A stretch of 46,830 nucleotides of DNA from an uncultured bacterium (GTDB lineage Bacteria; CAZDME01; JAYEMH01). Below are positions 40,013-46,830 of the stretch, one piece after another. Both the position numbers and the translations under genes were made by a program. Numbering within the stretch: position 1 is the first letter of the stretch; each line of letters begins with the position of its first letter. The DNA lies in the NCBI GenBank assembly GCA_964506785.1, contig CAZDME010000003.1, positions 1 through 46,830 on the forward strand. The letters are read 5' to 3'. The notes under the pieces were generated by a model. That model saw only the letters and a list, made by a program, of their open reading frames with translations, was not told the origin of the DNA and did no database searches.

Positions 40013-41731
40013 CTAACAGGGAAGATTCTCCTTTAAAAAAGAAGCAACTTCTTCTCCAGTTGAAAGTTTAAGCGCATCTTCTAAAAGTTTCTTCCCTTCT
40101 TTAAAAGTGATTGACCTGATAACCTTTTTTACTTCGGGAATAACTACCGGACTCATACTCAATTCATCCAGCCCCATGGCTAGCAGAAGAGGCGCAAAAT
40201 ACGGCTCTCCGGCCATTTCACCACACATCCCCACGGGAATCTTTCTTTGGTGAGCTGCATCAACAGTCTGCTTTATCAGACGGATAATCGCTGGGTGTCC
40301 GGGGTTATAAAGATAAGCAATCCTTTCATTAATACGATCGACAGCTAAAGCATATTGAATCAAGTCGTTGGTCCCGATACTAAAAAAATCGGCTTCTTTC
40401 GCTAATATGTCAGCAGTTATCGCCGCTGATGGTGTTTCTATCATCACCCCTATTTTAATTTCTTCATCAAAAGGGACCTCATCCTTTTTTAAATTGTCCT
40501 TCACCTCTTCCATAACCTCTTTAGCCCGGCGTAATTCTTCCACTCCGGAAATCATAGGAAACATCACCTTAATTTTCCCGTAGCGGCTGGCTCGGAGAAT
40601 CGCCCGTAATTGAACCTTAAATATATCTAAACGTTCCAGGCAAAAACGGATTGCCCTCCAGCCCATAAAAGGATTCATCTCCTTGGGAACGGCAAGATGG
40701 GAGATGAATTTGTCTCCGCCCAAATCCAGGGTGCGGATAATCACCGCCTGAGGAGCAAACCGTTCGGCAACTCGCCGGTAAGCTTGGAAATGTTCCTCTT
40801 CACTGGGCAAATCAGTCCGGTTAAGATAGAAAAATTCAGTCCGGTAGAGACCTATCCCTTGAGCTCCATGTTCTATTGCCGAAGGAATTTCTTCAGGAAA
40901 TTCGATATTGGCGACTAATTCAATTTGATGCCCGTCGCGTGTTTCGGCAGGCAACTCCCGAATTTTCGCTAATTCTTTATCTTGAAGAATAATTTCTTCT
41001 TTTTTCTTCCTATAAGCCCTTAACTCTTTCTCTGTAGGTTCGACAATTACTAATCCAGCCGTGCCGTCGATAATAATTGTGTCTCCGTCTTTAATGTTCT
41101 GAGTGACATTCTGTAGTCCGACTACTGCCGGGATTTCTAAAGAACGCGCCATAATCGCTGTATGTGAAGTTTTCCCGCCGACATCGGTAACAAAACCAAT
41201 CACTTTCTCCCTATGCATTTGAGCCGTCTCTGATGGAGAAAGATCATAGGCAACAACAATTACTTCTTTACTCAATGAGGCAAGGTTTTTTTCTTCTTTC
41301 CCTAAAAGGTTCTTTATTACCCGGTTGCCCACATCATTAATATCGCTGACCCTTTCCCTTAAATATTCATCTCCCACTTTGGGGAAAACGCTGGAAATTT
41401 TTTCTAAAACTCCTGTGACAACCTGTTCGACGTTAACTTTTTCTTTTTTTAAGCCTTTGATTACCTCTTCAATAAACATTCTATCTTCAAGGAGCAAAAG
41501 ATGCGCATCGAAAATATCAGCATGTCCGCTGTCCAATTCTTTGGCAATCTTCCCCTGGATATTGACTATTTCCGATCGAGTTTTAATCAACGCCTCTTCA
41601 AAACGGGCAATTTCCTTTGGGATGTCTTCCTCGCTAATTGCATAGCGGGAAACAGCTGACATCTTTCGTCTTTTAAAAAGATACGCTTCCCCGATAGCCA
41701 CTCCCGGGGATACAGCAATACCGTGTAACAT
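40013..41731 (-). CDS. ptsI: PTS enzyme I
   Basis: GGKTSHTAIMAR, GIGLYRTEF, RTLDLGGDK, SIGTNDL, MCGE. Confidence 0.98.
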   Translation of the reverse strand: MLHGIAVSPGVAIGEAYLFKRRKMSAVSRYAISEEDIPKEIARFEEALIKTRSEIVNIQGKIAKELDSGHADIFDAHLLLLEDRMFIEEVIKGLKKEKVNVEQVVTGVLEKISSVFPKVGDEYLRERVSDINDVGNRVIKNLLGKEEKNLASLSKEVIVVAYDLSPSETAQMHREKVIGFVTDVGGKTSHTAIMARSLEIPAVVGLQNVTQNIKDGDTIIIDGTAGLVIVEPTEKELRAYRKKKEEIILQDKELAKIRELPAETRDGHQIELVANIEFPEEIPSAIEHGAQGIGLYRTEFFYLNRTDLPSEEEHFQAYRRVAERFAPQAVIIRTLDLGGDKFISHLAVPKEMNPFMGWRAIRFCLERLDIFKVQLRAILRASRYGKIKVMFPMISGVEELRRAKEVMEEVKDNLKKDEVPFDEEIKIGVMIETPSAAITADILAKEADFFSIGTNDLIQYALAVDRINERIAYLYNPGHPAIIRLIKQTVDAAHQRKIPVGMCGEMAGEPYFAPLLLAMGLDELSMSPVVIPEVKKVIRSITFKEGKKLLEDALKLSTGEEVASFLKENLPC

Positions 41732-41739
41732 TTTATCTC

Positions 41740-42009
41740 CTAAGTTTCTCCGAATTTATCGGTTAAAAGTTTCTCCAGAGCAAAAAGAGCCTTCTGGGCA
41801 TCACTGCCGTTTATAGCGATAGTGACTTTACTGCCTTTTTCTGCCGCCAACATCATTAAACCCATAATGCTCTTCCCATTCACTCTTTCACCGTTCTTCT
41901 CAACAAATATCTCTGATTCAAATTTATTTGCCGTCTGGACAAAAAGGGCGGCTGGGCGGGCATGTAACCCCAGCTCATTTTTGATAACAATATCTTTCCT
42001 TATATCCAT
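41740..42009 (-). CDS. ptsH: Phosphocarrier HPr (alternative start 42024)
   Basis: GLHARPA (His15), KSIMG (Ser46). Confidence 0.97.
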   Translation of the reverse strand: MDIRKDIVIKNELGLHARPAALFVQTANKFESEIFVEKNGERVNGKSIMGLMMLAAEKGSKVTIAINGSDAQKALFALEKLLTDKFGET

Positions 42010-42044
42010 CTTGGCCTTTAACATTTAGCGAATAAAAAATAAAA

Positions 42045-42072
42045 CGCTGTCCGTTATGCGCTATCCGCTAAA
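42045..42072. repeat. Heptamer array (CGCTATS)
   Basis: CGCTGTC CGTTATG CGCTATC CGCTAAA; one inverted TAGCG at 42026. Confidence 0.6.
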
Positions 42073-42886
42073 ATAAAGCGAAAAACTCTCCCAATAGAAT
42101 TAAACCTAAAATGAGTTTGGCGGGAGTAACCGTTGAAAGGAGCAGGCATATTACGGTAAAAAGAATCAAAACAACGGAAAAGTTATAAACGGAACCAAGG
42201 TTCATCAACCCTCCTATGTCAAATAAAGAACAAGAAAAAGAAAAAAACACCACCCCCCCCCCGATCAAAATCAAACCCAAGGCACTGATAATTCTGGCGG
42301 TTTTCTGTAGATTTATTTTTTTAAGAGTATTGACGATTTGAATCCCTGTGTGGTAGCCGCGAAAAAATCCGATAAACCGGATAAACACATGGAATAGATT
42401 ATAAACGCAGAAAAAAGAAAGCAACCCTCCAATTAAAGCCACAAACTTATTTTTGTCCCAGAAAAGAAAAATAAGGCTAATTCCGAGCAAAGCCGCAAAC
42501 GGCCTCAAGGTTGCCCAAAAAAAAGTATCGCCTAAAGCGCCCAAGGGCCCCATTATTTGAACTTTTAAATTCTGTATTCTTCCGCGGTCAAAATGAGTTA
42601 AAAGCAGCATCTTTTCTTCTTCAGAAATCAGCACCCCGATAATAGGCGCCGCCAGATAGGGATGGGTATTAAAGCAGCTTAAGTATTCTTCAATAATCAG
42701 TTTCCTCTTTGCCTTATCTCGATGTAGATAACAAATCGCTGGAAGGATGGCATAAGTAAGTCCAAAGCCTAAAAGACGTTCGAAGCTCCAGACTGCCTGA
42801 ATAAAGAAAGAACGCAAAAAGACTGTAATCAACAAGAATAAGGGTATCTGTTTCCTTTGTTTATCTATCTCAATCATCCCCGTCAA
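42068..42886 (-). CDS. PTS mannose/fructose/sorbose family IID
   Basis: QAVWSFER, FNTHPY, MGPLGALGDTFFW. Confidence 0.92.
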   Translation of the reverse strand: MTGMIEIDKQRKQIPLFLLITVFLRSFFIQAVWSFERLLGFGLTYAILPAICYLHRDKAKRKLIIEEYLSCFNTHPYLAAPIIGVLISEEEKMLLLTHFDRGRIQNLKVQIMGPLGALGDTFFWATLRPFAALLGISLIFLFWDKNKFVALIGGLLSFFCVYNLFHVFIRFIGFFRGYHTGIQIVNTLKKINLQKTARIISALGLILIGGGVVFFSFSCSLFDIGGLMNLGSVYNFSVVLILFTVICLLLSTVTPAKLILGLILLGEFFALF

Positions 42887-42935
42887 TTTTAGAAATAACC
42901 GGCAGTCGATATAATCACCTTTCTGCCTGCTGTTG

Positions 42936-43619
42936 TTAGAGAAGCTTTAATCCCAATGTTAATAAAAGGGCGATAAAAAAGAAAGAAAAATTTCTTCTAG
43001 TAGCGAATAATTTAAAAACAACAGCTAACCCCAGAATTGGCAGCATTTTTTCAGCTAAGATTAATCCCCTGACAGTTTGCGGATTAATCATCCTAAAAAG
43101 GAAAGAACAAAATTTCAAACCTAAAAATGTGCTGATAAAAATAAGAAGAAAAGCAAAAATAAAAATAAAAATAAGCGAAATCCAATTGATAGCTTCTATC
43201 CCCCAGAATTTATTTTGCTCAATAAATCTATCGGCCAAATGGACAAGATTATCATTCACCCGGCCTAAAACTGCTTCTCCTTTTTGAGCCAGGAAACCAA
43301 CTATCGTCCCTAAAAAAACCGCCACCGGAAGCAATCCGGGCTGAATTCCCCCGGTTTGATAAATAATCACCAACCCAACGCTAAAAATTCCTAAAAGAGC
43401 CACTCCTAAAGAAGGATTCGCCCCGCCGACTGGTAATTTGCCAATCCAGATTAACTGAAGAAGCGTCCCAACCAATAATCCAGTCTGCAAATCACCAAAG
43501 ATTAAACCTATAATTGGGCCGGATATGAGCGGCTGGGAGATTAAAATCTGCCCAACGGCCGTGGCATCAAGAGCCAAAAGGCCACCCACCGTAGCTAAAA
43601 TTAAAATTTCTTTTATCAC
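42936..43619 (-). CDS. PTS mannose/fructose/sorbose family IIC
   Basis: SQPLISGPIIG...GD...G..LQLIW...PVGG. Confidence 0.9.
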   Translation of the reverse strand: MIKEILILATVGGLLALDATAVGQILISQPLISGPIIGLIFGDLQTGLLVGTLLQLIWIGKLPVGGANPSLGVALLGIFSVGLVIIYQTGGIQPGLLPVAVFLGTIVGFLAQKGEAVLGRVNDNLVHLADRFIEQNKFWGIEAINWISLIFIFIFAFLLIFISTFLGLKFCSFLFRMINPQTVRGLILAEKMLPILGLAVVFKLFATRRNFSFFFIALLLTLGLKLL

Positions 43620-43620
43620 G

Positions 43621-44097
43621 TCACTCCAAAAACTTTAATATATTCTTCTTTACATCTGTCGGAACCGCTCTCACTTCCAATTCAATCCCTCGTTTAGCCA
43701 GCTCCTGAAAGGCTAAAACATCATCTTCATCTACCGAAACCGTTTCTAAAATGTGCCTTTTCCCAGAGCTGAAATGCATCGCCCCGATGTTGACCGATTT
43801 AACCATAATCCCTGAATCAACAAATTTGACTAAGTCCCGGGGATTGCTAAATAGGAAAAGTGTTCTCTCTTTCGTAAACTGCACCTCCTGAGCCGCTTTA
43901 ACCACCTTGTCGATTGACAAAATAGCTATTTTGAGATTTGCCGGGACAGCAATTTCCATAAGGGTCTTACGCATCTCATCGCCGGCAACTTCATCGTTAC
44001 AGACAAAAATTTTTTGAATCTTTTGATGTCTAACCCAGCCTTGAATGACCTGGCCATGAATTAATCTATCGTCAATTCTTATAAGCGTTATAGACAT
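43621..44097 (-). CDS. PTS mannose family IIB
   Basis: RIDDRLIHGQV. Confidence 0.95.
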   Translation of the reverse strand: MSITLIRIDDRLIHGQVIQGWVRHQKIQKIFVCNDEVAGDEMRKTLMEIAVPANLKIAILSIDKVVKAAQEVQFTKERTLFLFSNPRDLVKFVDSGIMVKSVNIGAMHFSSGKRHILETVSVDEDDVLAFQELAKRGIELEVRAVPTDVKKNILKFLE

Positions 44098-44100
44098 TGC

Positions 44101-44517
44101 CTAATCTTTCTTTTCCCTCATCCGTCGAAAAATTTCGTCTGCCATTAAAATACTCTGTTGGCCGGCAGTTAAGGCTAAACCAGACAGCTTCTCTAAACTG
44201 GCTTCTTCCCGGTGAGTAGCCACTTCTAAGACCATCGGCAGGTTAACTCCGCTTATCACTTTTACTTTGTGCTTGTCAATAAATGAAAGACTCGCTGTAG
44301 CCGGACTGCCGCCAAAAATATCGATTAAAATTAACACGCCTTCAGGGCTATCAGTTTTCTCAATGGCCTGTTTTAATTTCTTCCCTAAATCAGCTAAACC
44401 TTCTTTGGCGTAGATAGCGACTGCTTCCACCTGCGGTAAAGGGCCGACAACCATCTCTGCCGTGGAAAGAATCTCTTGAGCTAAATTTCCATGCGTGGCA
44501 ATTACCAAACCAACCAT
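44101..44517 (-). CDS. PTS mannose family IIA
   Basis: VIATHG, DIFGGSP, GVNLPM. Confidence 0.95.
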   Translation of the reverse strand: MVGLVIATHGNLAQEILSTAEMVVGPLPQVEAVAIYAKEGLADLGKKLKQAIEKTDSPEGVLILIDIFGGSPATASLSFIDKHKVKVISGVNLPMVLEVATHREEASLEKLSGLALTAGQQSILMADEIFRRMREKKD

Positions 44518-44532
44518 AAGAACTTTGCCTCT

Positions 44533-45474
44533 TTATTTATTTTTTCTCATGTGTTTTATTAAACGCGTATTAAGCTGGCGGGCAGTAAAATATCCCATCC
44601 GTTTGAGGCGCTCATTTAAAGCAGCCACTTCTACCAAGGTGGCAATATTCCTTCCTGGCCGAACCGGAATCACCAGCTTTGGGATTTTTATTCCTAAAAT
44701 TGAAGATGTTTTTTCGTCTAAACCTAATCTTTCATACTCTTTATGGGAATGCCAGGTCTCTAGATTTACTATTAAATTTATTTCCTTCTGATTTCGAATG
44801 GCCGCTACGCCAAAAAGATTTCGGATATCAATAATACCGATACCCCGAAGCTCCATATGGTGTTGAATAAGCTCGGAACCCCGGCCGATTAACCCTTTTC
44901 CCGTCCTCATACTGAGATAAACGACATCGTCAGCTACCAAACGATGCCCCCGGTCTATCAATTCTAAAGCTGTCTCACTTTTGCCAACTCCTGTCTCCCC
45001 CAAGAGTAAAATGCCCTCGCCAAAAATATCAAGTAAAGTTCCGTGTAAACTAATTTCCCGGGCAAATTTATCTTCGAGGTAATTAGTTACGATGCTTATC
45101 AGCTTAGTAGTAGCGATTTTTGAGACTAATACCGGGATTTTCTTCCTATCTGCGGTTTTCAAAAAATAAGAAGGCATTTTTAAATTGCGGGAAACAAGAA
45201 AACAAGGGATACGGCGGTAGCTGAATATCTTATCGATCCTTTCCTTTTGTATTTTTTTATTTAGACTCCGGATATAGGTAAGTTCTGTTAATCCAATTAC
45301 CTGGACCCGCTCAGAGGGAAAATAAACAAAATTTCCAGTAAGGGCTAAACCCAAGCGATTGAGGTCCGAAACAGCAACATTCCTCTCAAAACTACCTTTT
45401 CCAGCAATAATTTGCAGTTTCAACGTTAAGCGGGTATCTTTGATGAATTGTTCTACGCTGACATGTTTTTCCAT
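44533..45474 (-). CDS. hprK: HPr kinase/phosphorylase
   Basis: HGTLLD, GETGVGKSETALEL, LVADD, ELRGIGII, PVRPGRN. Confidence 0.97.
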   Translation of the reverse strand: MEKHVSVEQFIKDTRLTLKLQIIAGKGSFERNVAVSDLNRLGLALTGNFVYFPSERVQVIGLTELTYIRSLNKKIQKERIDKIFSYRRIPCFLVSRNLKMPSYFLKTADRKKIPVLVSKIATTKLISIVTNYLEDKFAREISLHGTLLDIFGEGILLLGETGVGKSETALELIDRGHRLVADDVVYLSMRTGKGLIGRGSELIQHHMELRGIGIIDIRNLFGVAAIRNQKEINLIVNLETWHSHKEYERLGLDEKTSSILGIKIPKLVIPVRPGRNIATLVEVAALNERLKRMGYFTARQLNTRLIKHMRKNK

Positions 45475-45495
45475 AATTTTATCCTCTCAAAGCCT

Positions 45496-45969
45496 TTAGG
45501 CTGGATAACGCTTATCTTCACGTTTGATAATATTAAGAAGTTCCTCTTCATTTTTCGCTTCTTTTAAAACCTGGCGAAAATTTTTATTTTTCAAGAGACG
45601 CGAAATTCTGGCTAAAGCTTTAAGATGGGCGCCAACCGAATCAGCCGGGGCAAGAATCAGAAAAAATAGATGAACTGCCTCACCATCCAGGGAAGCAAAT
45701 TTTATTCCTTGGCGAGAAAGGCCGAAGGCGGCCACAATGCGCCTGACCGCTTCTGTCTTACCGTGCGGGATGGCAATACCTTGCCCTATACCGGTACTGC
45801 CCAAGGATTCTCTCTCTAATAAGACTTTAACAATTTTTTCTTTATCTTTGGTTTTAATTTCCTTGGCGCGGATTAAAAGTTCGACGAGTTCGCGAACGAC
45901 CTCCTTTTTATTAGTGGATACAAGATTGCCTTCAATTGCCTTATCGTTTAAAAAATCCATTATTTTCAT
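45496..45969 (-). CDS. ptsN: PTS IIA(Ntr/Fru)-like protein
   Basis: RESLGSTGIGQGIAIPHG, HLKALARISRLL; position after lptB. Confidence 0.85.
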   Translation of the reverse strand: MKIMDFLNDKAIEGNLVSTNKKEVVRELVELLIRAKEIKTKDKEKIVKVLLERESLGSTGIGQGIAIPHGKTEAVRRIVAAFGLSRQGIKFASLDGEAVHLFFLILAPADSVGAHLKALARISRLLKNKNFRQVLKEAKNEEELLNIIKREDKRYPA

Positions 45970-45989
45970 AGACATCTCCTCAAACGAAA

Positions 45990-46079
45990 TAGGTCGCAGG
46001 TTATTGGTTATAGGTTATGGGGTTTTAAATATTTGGGGCGGGGGGCCCCTGCTGCCTATAACTTAATGCCTTTCACCTT
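45990..46079. repeat. Heptamer array, inverted pair (TAGGTTA / CCTWTNA)
   Basis: TAGGTCG CAGGTTA TTGGTTA TAGGTTA TGGGGTT ... CCTGCTG CCTATAA CTTAATG CCTTTCA. Confidence 0.75.
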
Positions 46080-46830
46080 TTATGTTAAAGTGAACTTCTC
46101 TCCCAGATAAATTTCTCGCGCTTTTTTATTTTCCACTAACTCCTGGGCATTCCCAGAGATAAGAACCTTGCCTTGATACATTATGTAAGAACGGTGAGTG
46201 ATAGAAAGCGTTTCGCGGACATTATGATCGGTAAGAAGAATTCCTAATCCCTTTTCTTTTAATTTTTTAATAATCTGCTGTAGTTCGAAAACAGCAATCG
46301 GGTCTACTCCAGAGAAAGGCTCATCTAAAAGAATCAATGTTGGAGAAGTAACCAGGGCTCGGGTAATTTCGACTCTTCGGCTTTCCCCTCCGGAAAGGGT
46401 ATAGGCCGGTTGATTAGCCAGATGGGCTATCTTCAACTCTTCAAGCAACTCCTCTAATCTTTTCTTTCTTTCCTTTTTGGTTAAATCCAGGATTTCTAAT
46501 ATTCCCATAATGTTTTCTTCGACAGTAAGCTTCCTGAATATAGAAGGTTCCTGAGGCAAATAACTAATACCCCGCCTGGCTCTTTGATACATAGGAAAAT
46601 CGCTAATATCCTGGTTATCAAAGAAAACTGCGCCCTGATCAGCTTTAATCTGGCCAACAATCATATAAAAAGTAGTCGTTTTCCCTGCGCCATTAGGCCC
46701 TAAAAGGCCAACTACCTCTCCCTTTTCAACCTCGATGGAAACTTTATTTACCACCCGGGCCGGACCGTAGGATTTAACCAAATCTACTGTCCTTAAAAGG
46801 CGGCTTTTTGAAAAAGCCTTTGTTTTTTCC
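46080..46830 (-). CDS. lptB: LPS export ABC ATPase (frame open to window end)
   Basis: GPNGAGKTT, YLPQEPSIFR, LSGGE, DEPFSGVDP, TDHNVRETL, YLGE. Confidence 0.96.
   Translation of the reverse strand, partial: EKTKAFSKSRLLRTVDLVKSYGPARVVNKVSIEVEKGEVVGLLGPNGAGKTTTFYMIVGQIKADQGAVFFDNQDISDFPMYQRARRGISYLPQEPSIFRKLTVEENIMGILEILDLTKKERKKRLEELLEELKIAHLANQPAYTLSGGESRRVEITRALVTSPTLILLDEPFSGVDPIAVFELQQIIKKLKEKGLGILLTDHNVRETLSITHRSYIMYQGKVLISGNAQELVENKKAREIYLGEKFTLT

Noticed and set aside
590-46066. Numerous 60-165 aa plus-strand and alternate-frame ORFs in the track
   Set aside because: They overlap well-conserved genes, mostly antisense, and have no recognisable motifs.

Overview
Core-genome window of an AT-rich diderm bacterium (lptB, lptF and lptG present; RpoB 'FFGRSQLSQ' and the fusA-rpsJ order hint at a PVC-neighbouring or candidate phylum, inference only). 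Almost all genes are on the minus strand. In transcription order: lptB-ptsN-hprK-Man-type PTS IIA/B/C/D-ptsH-ptsI-pgi/pmi-NDP-sugar nucleotidyltransferase-metK-ahcY; lptFG (the only plus-strand genes); EF-G paralog-yebC-ruvCAB-queH-spoIID-queA-tgt-yajC; tRNA-Cys/Leu/Val-pgsA-pgpA-cinA-thpR-yggT-PNP-ileS-dksA/traR-lspA-rluD; an orphan Pro-rich membrane protein; rpoBC-rpsLG-fusA-rpsJ-rplC-rplD. No mobile element, CRISPR array or rRNA is visible. The most unusual signals are non-coding. (1) Most intergenic spacers are filled with degenerate 7-nt-periodic arrays (one is 8-nt) of several motif families, usually as inverted two-arm pairs with a consistent polarity and often starting at a stop codon. 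(2) A promoter- and terminator-bounded ~95-nt candidate sRNA has a 3' part complementary to the rpoB 5' leader about 750 bp away. Several conserved operon members (tuf, rplKAJL, rpoN/hpf, recA, secDF) are absent from their usual positions.
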